Positions 1-13,823 are shown, counted from the stretch's first letter. The stretch is DNA of 64,000 nt from Adineta vaga (GCA_021613535.1 CP075496.1:2294001-2358000); one strand, 5' to 3'. A program made the numbers and translations. The notes: generated by a model from the sequence alone, not told the origin.

Positions 1-3000
1 CTTGAGTTGATTGAGTATCACATAGTTTCGTATAATCATCATCTAAATAGACAATTTTCATCAATTGTTTGCTGAATATATTTGATGATGAGCTTGATGA
101 CATCATATATGAATCAGTATCATTATGATTTAATGTCCAAAAACGAATCGAATTATCTGATGAACATGTTATACACGATAATTGACGAAGAATTGATGGT
201 GATGTACTTGTTCGTGAATATGTCTATAGGAATGTTATTTTTTCTTGCTGTAATTGAAAATAAAATAAATAAGTATGTCTTACTTCAATTCCCCATCCAC
301 ATCCTGAATGATACATATGAGAATCATGTTTTTTTATTGATCGTTCATTTTTAATATCCCAGATATAAAAACTATGATCATTATAAAAACATGTTAACTA
401 CAAATAAACAAAACGAAATGATTTTCATGCAATGTAAGATATGAGAATATTTCCTAACCACAGATTTATCTTCATCTAAACAAATAGCAATTGTATCGGG
501 AAACGATGTATTTTGTTGCTGCTGTGAATATTTTATTTGACTATGAAGATCAAATAGAATAATTATAGAAATACAAATAAATATATATGACATACTCAAT
601 CGATGTAATAAATGCAATATCAACACCCAAATAATGTGGTAAAGGAATAGACATAATATAATCCAAATTTTGTGGTGAAAATACATAAACAGCACCTTTC
701 ATACATCCAATAACAAGATATAAATCACCAATTGCTAAACAGTTCGTTTTTTCCTAATCAATATATAACAAAATTTCCCTTTTTGTTTTTACTCTCTCGA
801 ATTCCTCTCTGACTTACTTGAAGATCTCGTTCACCACGCATTTGTCGATGTTCATCGAATTGACAGATTAAGCCATTGGCTGTTATCACATAAGTCATTC
901 CAGCACAATCTCCTCGTCCACAAACAACATCCGTAAATAGATTATCTTTTCGTTCAGCTAAAATTGCATAACGACCACGTAACGGAACTACTTCGATCTA
1001 CAAATTTATAAAACATTTCATATAAAATCACAGGATAAAAACCATACCGATGATGTCGAAATCAAATACCAAAATTTCACATGACGATTACCAACTGTAA
1101 CAAAATAGCTGCCATCTTCTGCGAAAGCAATTCGACGAATCTAAATTTTAAAAAAAACAATGAATGAATCCATACGTTTTAACAACTATTCTTACCGCGC
1201 ATGTACATTTATTTGATGCAAGTTTTTTCTTATCTTTCCAATTCCATACATAAATATTGCCATCATGTACAGATCCAATTGAAACAAGACGATCGACATT
1301 CGGTGAAAAACACTATAATTATCAAATAACATTATAGCCTGATTATATTCTTCTTCAATACTCTTGAGAATTAAATCAATCTTCAGATTGGATTCATCTA
1401 CTATTCTCACATGCTATGTTACATTCACAATCTATACTATCAATGATCAGTTTAACTTGATCTTTACACAATTGAATTTATTTTTCTTTAAATTAAATTC
1501 AACTTACCACACAATCAATTGCAAATTTATGATCACCCAATTCAATACAAGTTGTTCTATCACCATGTAAATCCCAGATGCGTACTTTAGGATCATGACC
1601 ACACTAAAAATGTTATATATATATATATATCTACATAAGGAAGCGAATATTGTTTTTAATCTACTTCGCCTGTTGCTAAATATCGACCATCAGGTGAAAG
1701 TGACAATGATGTAATCGCTTTTCGAGCTGTACTTATAATAAAATCTTGCTTTTGTGTATGAAGATCGTATAAAATAACAGTTGAACTAAAAAGACATCGA
1801 GAAATTACTTTTTCTTTAGTTATAAACGAGAAGATTATACCCAGCAGCATAAACTATGGTTGACCGATCTTGACTAACAACTGAATTTGATATAGAAGTA
1901 AATCCAAGAACACGTTCGAGATTAATTTGAAACTGGAGAAAAAAAACGAGACAAGTGAGAAAAAAAGGATTGTTTTATATCAAATTGATAGTTTACTCGA
2001 GATGCATTCGAATTAACATCTGCTCGTTGAGTTTTCCGTTTAAGTGCAGAATAAGATGTCATAGTAGAAGAACTATTAGGTCGACGACGATTTATATAAA
2101 GTGGAGAAGACGAATGAGTATTTTGTGTGAATAAGGCAATATTGCCAGGTGTTGGAATAGGTGTGGAATGTTGATGACATTCACTGGCTCGTTTAATATG
2201 TAACCGATTTTCGTCTAAATGATTCAAGAAATAGATAAATTAATAAATAATAGAAAAAAAGAAATATTCAAATCAGAATAATATTTAGTTGTCACGAATT
2301 TGAAAAAGACTTTCAACATCTTTGTATACAACTTCTCAATGTTAACATTCTCACCTGACCATTAACAATACCATTGAAGAAAGAAGGAAAGAAAGAAACA
2401 GCTGTCTAGCAAATTTATGATAACAAAAGCAGTATTATCCTTGAAATTTAGTCGGTGATAGTATTTCAGATAGAGCCTGCACGACCATATGAAAACTAAC
2501 ATGCTTGTACAAATACACATACTTATAATAATGATTATCGTTGAACATTTAATCTTTCTCTCTCTCTGCTTTTTTCTCTCCTATTTCATCTTTCATTGAT
2601 TGAGAAAAGAACAATGTAGCATTCATAGCATTACATACAATGAACATATGAAGAAACTAAACATTACCATCAAAGGTTGCAAAGTTCTTATTATCATACA
2701 TCTATATGAATGATAACGATCTATATATCAAGATAATTAAACATACTCGTTCCAGCGAATATGGATACTATAGTGATGACTCGTTTTGATTTCTATCTAT
2801 TTTAGTTGGAGGAAAGGAAAAAAAATATCCACATATATAAAGAAGGACAAATTGAATATATTTAAAAACACATTTATAGGGTATATAGGGGGGAAAAAAA
2901 CTACCGTTTTTTGTTATGGAATTTTTAATTAATCGTTTGACTTTGGTTGATTTGTTTAGTTTTAATGTTGAAGACCTTGTTGCTAATCGATAATGATATG

Positions 3001-3660
3001 ATGATGGTGTTGATGACGAGATTGGCTGATGACGAATTTCATGTTTTTTATGATGCATCGAGAAGTAATAGCGACAAGCATAACATATGAAGAGAATGAA
3101 GTAAACAATAAGAGAGAGAGGGAGAGAGCGAGGGAGAAGTAAAGAAAAGAAGAATGAAATAGTCAGACTAAAGCTGTATATATGTACATATAGATACTAT
3201 CACTAACTTAGTTCGAACTGATGTAGAAACGAGAAAAAAAGAAAATACGAACTGATAGTCTTATGCACGCGAGTATTGAATAACATATTTAAAGTACTTA
3301 TATACGTCTGATGGTAAACTGAGCCTTCCAATTCGATATTCAATTGTCTTAGATGATCAAAACGAACTGTTCTTTATTCTATAGACACGATTTATTTGAA
3401 TTATTACCTTATAATGATAATCATCATTATTATCAGCTGTGAAACAAATTATCATAATGTAATTATACGTTCGTTTCGTTTTATATTTTGATATAGAAAT
3501 CGTTCATACTATTAGGAAATAAAAAGTATCTGGAATCACACTTACCCAAAGATCGATGCATAAGTCCAGAAGTACCATTGAAATTATATGATGAAAATGA
3601 AATTGGTGGTCGATTGGGAAGATAGCGAGGAGACGATGATCTATTGGCAGCTGCCGTCAT
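1..3660 (-). CDS. MAPKBP1/WDR62-like WD40-repeat protein, multi-exon, 3' part runs off the left edge
   Basis: Spliced exons give [15 protein letters not shown] / [40 protein letters not shown] / [11 protein letters not shown] / [18 protein letters not shown] / [23 protein letters not shown] / [26 protein letters not shown], typical of the MAPKBP1/WDR62 N-terminus. First exon 3546-3660 ([13 protein letters not shown]..., GTAAG donor, phase 1) joins in frame to the acceptor at 2214. Confidence 0.85.
2905..3058 (-). CDS. Candidate alternative first coding exon of the MAPKBP1/WDR62-like gene
   Basis: ATG-initiated [16 protein letters not shown]...ITKN+G ends at a GT donor in phase 1, which fits the same acceptor at 2214. 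Confidence 0.45.
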
Positions 3661-5583
3661 ATTTTTGCATTTAGATAAGAGGAGTAAAGAAAAACCGTAG
3701 ACGTTTTCTTCTCCAGCTGATACGTCTTTCTGACAACGTTATTCTTTGTACGTGTATATACTTCAATCGTTTTCGTTGGTAGTATAAAGTGGTTGTGTGA
3801 AGATATCTTTACCATTATATACCTTTTTTCCTTCCCTATCGCTTTTTTTCTACGTCTTCTTCGGTTTTTTTTGTTCATCGTCAATATTATTATTACTGTG
3901 AAGCGATGATGTATGATGAACGTATATAAATATACATACGTATGTATTCTTTCTTTTTTTTTCTATATGACGATTGTATGTCATTCAGGGATTTACGTTA
4001 TATATTCATCCGAGGAAATCATTTTGTTATGTGTACCATCGAATGATATCTATTCTCTATCTTTAATCATTGAATGTGTAGAGAGAGAGAATGTAATAGA
4101 AGTAATGAAAGTATAGAAAAGAAGAAATATGAATAATATGAGGATTAACTTGAAGATTGAATTCACTTCTTTCGCCTTATCATCATACGTAGCCATTCAC
4201 TGCAGTTACTAAGCAACAATGAATTTCTATTTACCAGAATTTTCACTTGTGAATTATCTAGAGATGTTATCATGTATTGCTATGTTCTATTGTCTAGACA
4301 GACACAACAGGAGAATTTGAAATGATGTTGCAACTATAAAATATATTTGATAAGTGATATGTGAAAGCTTTGCACGGTTTTTTTTACTTTGTTCAAAAGG
4401 AAGCTTAATATAAAAGAAGAAGAGAAAAAAACCTTCGCCTTGCAACCTGTCAAATCATATTAAAATTTGACAACTGCATTGAAATCATCGAAATAAAACT
4501 GATGACATACAATAAAGAAAAACTTGATTAAAATAATGCAATGAAAATATGCATAAATTCAGATTGATTACTTTACTTACAAATGGTTTAATAATAATGA
4601 TAATATTTGAGAAAAAGAAATACCAGTGAATGAAGTTTAATGATGTGTAGATACGATGATGATAATTTGTTCTACTGACGTGTTCTACGAAAGTCAAACA
4701 AACTTTCGATGCAATTAATATTATCTTATCTATTGACAATAAAATAAGTGTCGGTCTACTGATTACAAAGTTTTTTTTTCAGGGATAGACATACATTTTG
4801 ATATGTTTGATTAACTCAAGTTGAAACAGTGATAGAAATCTTCTCATTATTACATGAATAAAGATATATGTCATTCACCTGTTTTCAGTAAACATCGATT
4901 CTAAGTTAATCATATACATATTGGAATCGAAATGAATGAATTTTTATTCTATTATCAAAGAACTGAATTTGATTAGATCGTTAATTGATATCACTTGTAT
5001 CTTGTGATATAAGAAATAAACAATGACATGTACTTTGAAACGGATATAAGCAATTTTCTTATATCGTTTCCTGACTTTGAAATGTTTTTTTTTCCTCAAA
5101 ATTCAATATAAAAAAAGAAAATGTATTTTTGAAAATCTCAAAAAAGATATGATTACAATTGCCAATAAAACACTATTTTATCATTATATTACTCTACCGA
5201 GGAAGAAAAAAGAATCATTTCAAAAACCTAACGTATCACGAAAATGCACACAAGCAATGGACAAAAGAACAAATATTGACAGCTTGAATCCAGCTGTTTG
5301 CTTTACTGTGTTGTTCTTTTACTTTCCGTTCGTTTTTCGCTTCTTTTATTTCTTTCCATTCTAATTTTTACGCGAAAGAAAATTAATCATTATAGAGTAA
5401 TATTATGAGACCTAAGAGGTGCTTATTATACAAGTATTTTCGTTATTTCAAAGAATCACTCTTTCCAAGGTCGAAATACTCACATGTTTTATATAATCTA
5501 ATTTATATTCAGTAACTAAATTGTTGTTTTTTGCTATTTAGATCATTTATTGATCGATACAAAATTATTCCTAGTGTCAAGAA

Positions 5584-6573
5584 ATGTTCCCACCACAAAG
5601 AGCAACTCAATCGAATAATAATCTTCCACAGAGGTAGATTGAAACTGATTTGAATAGAATTTATTTCATTGTCATTTAGAACATTCGTTCGAACGTCACA
5701 ACTTGTCGAATCTCATGTTGATAAAAAACCGCCAGGACGTCCAACTAGCAATAGTATTGTATGTTCGAGAGAAAAAAAGAAGGAAAATGAATTCAAACAA
5801 ATATACGTTATGTATTTTTATAGCGTCGTCCTGTAGTTTTTGTGATTTACTATTCTATGTACGGTCATGTTGCTAAATTAGCATCGAGTATTCGAATTGG
5901 TGTTGAACGTGCTGGTTGTGATTGTCGTATCTTTCAAGTTGCAGAAACTTTGTCTAATGATATTCTGACGAAGATGCATGCTCCATCGAAAAATATCGAA
6001 ATACCAATTATTACACCTAGTCAATTACCAGAAGCTGATGGAGTTTTATTTGGTATGCCAACTCGTTTTGGCACCGCGCCAACTCAAATGAAAACGTTTT
6101 TTGATGCTTGTGGTGCTCATTGGCTTTCCGATGCATTGAATGGCAAACCTGTAAGGTTTTGTTTCTTCAAGATGTTTATATCTAACTCAGTCTTTATGTA
6201 ATATGATGAAAATAGGCTGGTGTCTTTTTTTCTACAGCAACTTTGGGTGGTGGTCAAGAAACAACTGCACTTTCATGTGTACCATTCTTTACACATCTCG
6301 GTATGATATTTGTACCACTGGGTTATAAAAATAAATCATTAATGAATCTGGACGAAATTCATGGAGGATCGCCTTATGGTTTGTTTGTTTTTTTTAAAAT
6401 TTTTATTTCTCTCTGTATTTTCATGAATACTTATTACAGGTGCAGGAACATTAGCTGGACGACAAGGAGAACGACAAGTATCTCAACTTGAACTTCAGAT
6501 TGCAGAGACACAAGGAATAGAATTTGGTAAAACTGTTTTGAAATTAATTTCTACACGAACTGGGCACACATGA
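5584..6573 (+). CDS. Flavodoxin-like NAD(P)H:quinone oxidoreductase, WrbA/Pst2/Ycp4 family (5 exons)
   Basis: Exons 5584-5633, 5680-5758, 5824-6150, 6216-6378 and 6440-6573 join in frame. Motifs IYYSMYGHV, VAETL, GMPTRFG, QMKTFFDACG, LNGKP-AGVFFSTATLGGGQETT, HGGSPYG-AGTLAG. Confidence 0.92.
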
Positions 6574-6747
6574 TGTATAATTTTCTAGTTCAAAATTGCT
6601 CGAAATTAATATATTCATTTGTTTTACTTTCCTTTTCTGTCTTTGAAAAATATAAATGTTCAAAACAGATATTATTTTCTTAGAATGTTATTTTCATGAT
6701 AACAAAATACACAAAATTTCGATACGTTTAAATATAAGTCATAATGA

Positions 6748-7362
6748 TTACGAAGATGTTGCTGCTCCTTGTTTATCACTTGCCATTGACTTTGTCTTAC
6801 CGTTTTGTTGTTGAGTAGAATCATCATAAGGTGAAGAGCGTCGAGATGTGGTTCGTGCTGTACTTGCTACTGAACATGCCTTGCTGTTTCCATCTCGATT
6901 GGTGCCAACATCAAGTGGTGTAAATAAACTGTTATTCTTCCGTAATTTCAAATGTTCTTGATGTTGTTGATAATTTTTTTTCCATTCTTGTGTATCATGT
7001 CGACCTTTTATTTTTGCAACTCGTTCAAGAAAATCGGTATTATTCTGTGCAGGATGAGTCGTTCGATTACGTTGAGATGGATTTGGTGAATACGATGGTG
7101 GTGGAAAATGTACAGCTTTTGATGTCATTATAGTGATTAATTTCTTTGATTTAAATTGGTTTTCTTTATCTATTTCTTCGCGTTTTTCACCTTGCTGTCG
7201 AACAAAACCTTGATGAATATGCGGACAACGATGTGGTGAACCATTATCTAATTTACTCTGCCGTTGCATTTCAGTGATTTTCTTCAAATGTGCTTGTTGT
7301 TTACGTCTTTCACTTTCTAATTGAGCTTGAGAAAATCGATTCAATGTTGAATAAGTCGGCAT
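6748..7362 (-). CDS. CFAP97/Hemingway (KIAA1430)-domain protein
   Basis: 204-aa single-exon ORF with H-L-KKI...LDNGSPHRCPHI...REEIDKENQ..SKKLITI and KGRHDTQEWKKNY, matching the CFAP97D pattern. Confidence 0.65.
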   Translation of the reverse strand: MPTYSTLNRFSQAQLESERRKQQAHLKKITEMQRQSKLDNGSPHRCPHIHQGFVRQQGEKREEIDKENQFKSKKLITIMTSKAVHFPPPSYSPNPSQRNRTTHPAQNNTDFLERVAKIKGRHDTQEWKKNYQQHQEHLKLRKNNSLFTPLDVGTNRDGNSKACSVASTARTTSRRSSPYDDSTQQQNGKTKSMASDKQGAATSS

Positions 7363-8299
7363 TATCGTCTGTCTTCTATAAAAGGGTTCTACTCGTTATC
7401 AATAAAAACGTTTTGTTTTATTTTCAGTTTTCAAAAGATTTCAAGTGCATCATAGACATTATAAGCTTGCGGGGGAAAAGTGCAAGATGTAAAACAAATA
7501 TATGGAGACAAGAAAATGGCATTTTTTCGCATGGCATTACTCTTTTTCTATTTGTTTAAATCGTTCACTTGTGTATATAAACAAAAAAAAATCAATCGTT
7601 TATTCTATATTCCTCTCTCTCTCTCTTTTTTCTTTGCTTTGGTTGCTGTGCAAAGGAAGAAAATGAAAAAACGTTTATTAATGACAAATATACAACAACA
7701 GAAAAAACAATAATAATCTTTTTTGTGATCCAATGTTGATTATGTATTGAATATTCTTCTGGTTATCTTCAGGCATGTTTATATAGTTTCTGATAAGTGA
7801 TGAATTGAACTAATAAGACATGTTATCTGTATTCTATAATGAAAGAAACATATGGAAAGATAGTTTCTATGAAAAACAAGTCATATTCCTAATTGATCTT
7901 CTCTATATTTAGGAAGAAAAGTGGTTGGTGACTATTTTCGATAGATTTAGTTGAGTAAGAAATATCATTAATCAGATATATATATATATATAATGACAGA
8001 TTTCTCATTATAACATACCATTAATAATAATGTCATTTTAAGCGTTCATTTCATAAATCTATTTCATCCGTTGTCCTTTAGAAAAATCTCAGACCTTGTT
8101 AATCATTGTCATCAGCTGTGACAGTGTCAAATAAAATTAAAAAAAGAGATGACATTGGTGTCATATTATTTTACATGAAATAAATGTCCTTTACTATAAC
8201 AGAATAAAAAAACGTTTTTTTTTCTTTTCTATTTTTTTAAATCGATCAACATTTTATAATAAAAAAAAATACTTTTTTCATTTTGGAAATGTAAGTCTA

Positions 8300-8740
8300 T
8301 CAAGGTTTTAATTTTCCTCGTACATATTGGTTTAAATCAATATCAGTTTCTAATAGAAAGACATGTAATGCACGTTCATTTTGTGCTAATGGATGAGCAG
8401 CGATCTTATTAATAAATGTTTCTAATCCTCGTCGACGTTCTTCAATAAAATCTTCTTGAAAAAGACCAGCATCTTGTCGAAATGGTAACTGTCTTTGCCA
8501 AGCTTTATCGGGTAATGATGGTACAGCTATTTTCGTATCAGCACGTTCTAATTCTTTATGTAACCATTCAAAATCAGAATAACGTCGTTTCACAATGGAT
8601 TCTGTTTGATTAAATATTGGTAAAGTTGTTTTTAATTTTACTGTATACTCAACATATCGTTTTGAACCAACACCTTGTACTGTTGGTGAAATAACTTCAA
8701 TTTGAAGAGCAGGTTCTGTTGAATGATATGCATTCAACAT
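8300..8740 (-). CDS. SNX3: PX-only sorting nexin (SNX3/SNX12 family), intronless
   Basis: IEVISPTVQGVGSKRYVEYTV..KTTLPIF..ESIVKRRYSDFEWL..VPSLPDKAWQRQLPFR..FIEERRRGLETFINKIAAHPLAQNERALHVFL. Confidence 0.9.
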   Translation of the reverse strand: MLNAYHSTEPALQIEVISPTVQGVGSKRYVEYTVKLKTTLPIFNQTESIVKRRYSDFEWLHKELERADTKIAVPSLPDKAWQRQLPFRQDAGLFQEDFIEERRRGLETFINKIAAHPLAQNERALHVFLLETDIDLNQYVRGKLKP

Positions 8741-8926
8741 GTTGTGTTATTTACTCTGTGTTGCTTGTCTAAATGAGTCTTGTCAATAAAAATGAGTAAA
8801 CGAAGGAGAAGATAAGATATCACATCTTCTTTTTTTTATAGATATATATGATCCCCTCTGTGTAAAGATGTAATTACATCAGCATATGTCTTTTTCTTTC
8901 TTTTAGTTTCTTTATACTATCATCTT

Positions 8927-10752
8927 TTATAGGATAAAAAGAAAAACATGAAAAATGAAGAGAGAAAACACTGTTTGAAAAGAAATGAAGGATGAACATG
9001 AACGAAAAGACATCTGTTGATTGATATCTCGTAGGTATAATTTTGCTTCTCGACTTTGTGCACCATGACCATTAGAACAACGATATGATCCACTATCATT
9101 CAATTGAGAAGCAACTATCTGTAGAGTAGTTACTGTTGCATTAGGTAATTCAGTTGATATTGTCACACGGGTTGCATCAGCTATCAATGGTTTACCATCT
9201 ATATGGGAGAACAAGAAATAAAAATAAATCTATCCATTGATTGATTTTTTTCTTCTATACCTTTAAGCCAAGTTACTTGTTCACGTTGTACACGATGTTC
9301 GCCAGTAAATTGACATGAAAATTGTGTCGAATCACCCAGTGAAACAAGAACATCAGTTGGTTGTATATCCACAATGATATCTAGAATATCGATACACTCG
9401 TTTGTTTTCTATGAACGTTGAATGTCTAGTTTCTCTTCTATTCAATCATTCAGATTACATTCTTTATCTATATCTGTTTATTCTCCAAGTTTCACTCAAC
9501 CATGATTATCTTTTCTATACATTTAGAACATATATCTATGTGTTTCTCTTTCCTCATATAAACATTCTAATGAATATGTTGAGATTGAATTCTTTTGTTC
9601 TCTTACCTTCGACAACAAGTTTTACATTTGATCGAGTCGGTTTGAGATTTTTCTTTGTAATAACATGACATTGATAATGAGCTGCATCCGATAGACGTAC
9701 ATTAGAGATATGTAAATCCCATTTAGGTAATGAAAATCCATGATCAATACTGTAATAAGCAACACTTAAACGAGAATCTTTTGTTATTAATTTTTTGCCA
9801 ACACTCAATGTTGATTTATCTGGATTTGTTAATCTATACCACATAACCTAATAAAAATGATAATATAGATGAATGAATGATTCTTTTCTTCAGATTACTA
9901 GTTCAGGTTCTACATGAGGTAATGCTGCTTTACATGGTAGAACAGCTGATTGCATTGCTACACTGTTGACGATATACTCTGGTTCGGATGGTTGTCGCTC
10001 GACCGCCAAAGTACGATGAGCATCTATAGAAATGAACAAAAGAAAGATAAAATGATAATAAACTGTCCATTTTTTCCACTTATTCTATATGTCATTTACA
10101 GACAACAACATGAAAAGATAGACAATGAGTTAACTATTTTTTTGCTGACAGGTCACCAACTCTGATTATATACATATAGTATATAATTCCTTTGAAATCG
10201 AACACGCATGATGCTCCAAGCTACATTCGGTTGTTCCACCCCACTTGAAACTGTCTCTCGAAATGTTATTCTTCTATCTAGTTGTTGACGAATCACTTGA
10301 GCAATATGTCGCTGAAATTCGACCGACAATACATAGAGAGAGAGAGAGAACATGATGGTCCTCTTAATAATGAATCTGTTTAAAAAATAAAATAAAACGG
10401 AAAGCAGAAAGACATGTTTGACGCCGTTTTGACTGATAATGTTGTTTGACATCGAGAAAGCTTATCTGTTTTATCTATATTCAAACCGCGCTGTACAAAT
10501 GTTTAAAACCGGACAACGTGGAAGAAGAGAACATTCATTGTATATACAAGACACGCTTCTTTTTAATCATTTTGTCAAGAATCGTCGCTTATTTGCATAT
10601 GGTGCTCACTATGCTATCACCATTTGACGTCATCTGTATGTACATATTGTATAGATAGCCATTTTCGATAAAATTAACTATTAAATAGTATGTGCTACTA
10701 AATACTTACGTATAGTAAAGATGAAAAAGATCAAGGCAACAATAGTAACCAT
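8927..10752 (-). CDS. Secreted/GPI-type two-Ig-domain cell-surface protein (Dpr/Lachesin/IgLON-like), 5 exons
   Basis: Signal peptide MVTIVALIFFIFTI-HA. Ig1: SAVLPC..VMWYR..WDLHISNVRLSDAAHYQC. Ig2: VSLGDSTQFSCQF..VTWLK-DGKP..LQIVASQLNDSGSYRC. Hydrophobic C-terminal tail. Confidence 0.8.
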
Positions 10753-11019
10753 CCGTAGTTCATGCTTAATGATTGTATTTTGACGAATGTATCTTTGTAA
10801 TTGATAATTGTCGTTGTTGTCGGAGTTTTCTTTTGCTAGAATAAAGATTGCTGTGATACTAGTCTAATAATTATTTGCGTGTGTGTATGTATGTATATAT
10901 ATATATATATATGTAATTCATCTACCACCGAGGGAGTATTTTCATGCCAATTATAGTAGACAAACGAATGAGTGAGAGAGAACGATGGAACTGAGCAATT
11001 CTGTTTGCTCTCCCTCCCT

Positions 11020-11040
11020 CTTTCTTTCTTTCTTTCTTTC
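11020..11040 (+). repeat. (CTTT)n microsatellite within a pyrimidine tract
   Basis: CTTT x5 read directly from the sequence. Confidence 0.7.
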
Positions 11041-13143
11041 TCTTTCTCTATCTCTCTTTTCTTATACTCTTAAAAAAAAGAAAGAAACAGAAGAAGAAAA
11101 AAAGTCGGGTAAAAGTGACGATGATGACATGAATATGAACATATAAATAAATATAAAATGATACATAAAAAATACGAAAAGATATATATAGACAACGAGG
11201 ACGTGCAATGATCAATTGTTTAATAGAGTGGAAAATCGTAAGAAGACAATATGGTTTTTTTTCTTGTCTCGATTTCAACAATAATTCCACATTGTGAATG
11301 ACCTTGTCTATTGAGCACTCAATCTTTTTTTATATATAGTAAATCTTGAGAAGACAAAATGAAAGACGTACTTGTCAATCATCGTTGTCGGTGTTCACCC
11401 CTCGAGGAAAAGCTCACTTACTATCAAATAAATATAAAATAATATCAAAGTAGTGCTTTAAGAAAGAAGAAACATGACAAGAAAGAAAAAAAACGAAACA
11501 ATTACTAAGATTCTTAGTCAATTTGTTTGTCTATCAATTCAATATTGAAAATAAAATCACTGAGGGTAAAAGAAACTTGTCAATTATGATTGACTGAATC
11601 AAGGTTAGAATTGTAATTTCTTCTGCTTAGTCTTTTATATTCAATCAATATGAAATGTTCTTTTGGGGATTCTTTAGCGTCTTGCTTGACTGCTACTTTT
11701 AGCTTCATATTTATCCCTAGGGGTAAGCTCTCTGATCACTGGGCGGCACGAGTGATTGCATCATTAGTTTGCGTCTTTGTCATTTTATAATCTACATCAT
11801 TTATTCTCTCTCTGTCTTCTTCATAGTTGATGATGCCAAAATTGAGCGTCGTTTTTTTCTCATTTTTTTCTGTTGTCCAGGCCTTGACAATGCGTAGATG
11901 TATACATATATATATATATATATTGTTAAAGCAAGAACGACAAGGATGTGTCTAATGGAATTTTTGAAATCGACTAGATTTGCTGTCAAGCGGAAGCGAA
12001 GGCATAGTGTGTCGTTCGAAATTCTAATCAGCTTATTGACAATTGAACGTCTAAACAGTCTGTCGAAAATAACAACATGGAAGTACGTATGATCGGGAGA
12101 ATTTATCGGCTACAGGCTTGTTCTTTTTCTTGTCCTTGGCGGTAAGCGAGATATTTCAAATAACAGAAGAAAAAAAGAGTCAATATCATTGTATTAAGTC
12201 GTCCATTCAGTATTTTAAGTGTAAGTGTGATTAGAATAGAAGAGCAAGAAAAACGATGTCATTTATTTTGATCAACATCATGTTCGATGACCCAAGGAGA
12301 AACATAATCATAGAAAAAAAAATCATCTGTAATTATCATAAAAGAAAGGAAAAGAAGAACGAACAATAAGACAAAAGAAAGAAAAGAGAATTATAATTGG
12401 CATTTTCTTTTTTCTTATTATATTGAAAAGCCTTCAGGGAATTGAATTGAATCTTCTAATCGTTTATATTCTATGATATAAATTATCCTTTTTGTTGTGT
12501 GATAAATCCATCTGAAATTTGTTTCTTGAATTGTTAATCTAATCAAACAATTATATGCACATCTTCCCGATGAAAACTGAGAAGAGATATTAATGATCTA
12601 TTTAACAAATACAAGGTCAATTGTACGAAAAAAATATGTTCCACATTTGTCGTACGACTATTTCCGAAGAACTTTTTTTCTATTTCTTTTGGCAATATTT
12701 GTTCAATGTTTGATATGATATCAACCGTTAACTTTTCTTAGAACACTTGCATTTCATACATCAATAGAGAAAATATTCATTTAGATTTCTTCAGTACAGC
12801 GGAAGCAATTTATTCCAGGAATAGATGAAAAAAAAAAAGTGTAACTTTTAGAAAAATTAACTTTCGATATGCATAACCTAATCTTATCAGGTAGAGGAAA
12901 ATATTTTTTTCCAAAGAAGATTGAATGCATTTATTCGGATGACTTTTTACTTTGATACAGATGAAAAAATAAAAAAAACTAATTTCTTATGCAAATGGAT
13001 AAGATTGCAAGAGTTGTTTTTGCTTCTTTCCTCTTCATTGTGTAACGAATAGACATACAACATTGACAAAACTCACTCGAGTTACTTCATCAGATTACAA
13101 GAACGTTTTTCTCCTTTCAAACAACAAATTATCCAAGGAAACG

Positions 13144-13752
13144 ATGCGCTTTTGGACACCATTTCATACAAGTTCAATTGACATCATATCTGATGCTCCA
13201 AACAAGATGATTTTTCGTGCACCAGATCGAATTCGTCTTCAAATGACTGTTGATCATTTGGATTTAAATCAAAAGCCTGGAACATGTTTCACTCATTATA
13301 ATCATCAAACACGTCTATGGGAATGTTTTCATTCACCTCATACAAGTGGTCAACATCGTCTCTTCATTTGGGTTCTAGATAATGAAGAAGATACTCAATG
13401 GGCCACTGCTGTTCGATTCGATATTTATATCAAACGAAAAGGAGAGTTTATCAGTTATCCTACAACAACTAATATATTCAATATACTTCGATGTCAATTA
13501 ATAACACCAATGAATGGACATTTTTCAAGAGAATCTCTTCCAACTGATATTGTTCTTCGTGTACCTAATGTTCGTGATGTACAATTACAAATTGATGAAC
13601 ACACATTAGTTACAGGAGACAATCTTCAAAATGATATTTATAAACTCGTAATTCCAACTAAGATATCCAATGATGTAAAAAGTTTTGTAGTGATGGGTTT
13701 ATGTGCGGATGATACTTATTATTCGACATTAATCACATATAGAATCGAATAA
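13144..13752 (+). CDS. Kyphoscoliosis-peptidase (KY)-like C-terminal beta/Ig-like domain protein, copy 1 (202 aa, no transglutaminase core)
   Basis: First ATG at 13144. FRAPDRIRL...YNHQTRLWECFHSPHTSGQHRLFIW and CQLITPMNG...IVLRVPNVRDVQLQID resemble KY-family C-terminal modules. Confidence 0.55.
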   Translation: MRFWTPFHTSSIDIISDAPNKMIFRAPDRIRLQMTVDHLDLNQKPGTCFTHYNHQTRLWECFHSPHTSGQHRLFIWVLDNEEDTQWATAVRFDIYIKRKGEFISYPTTTNIFNILRCQLITPMNGHFSRESLPTDIVLRVPNVRDVQLQIDEHTLVTGDNLQNDIYKLVIPTKISNDVKSFVVMGLCADDTYYSTLITYRIE

Positions 13753-13823
13753 AAAAAAACTTCGGAAAAATACGTGCGTTTGCTGTTCATGGAATCATCA
13801 ATGTTGTTTCTAATCGAAATAAA

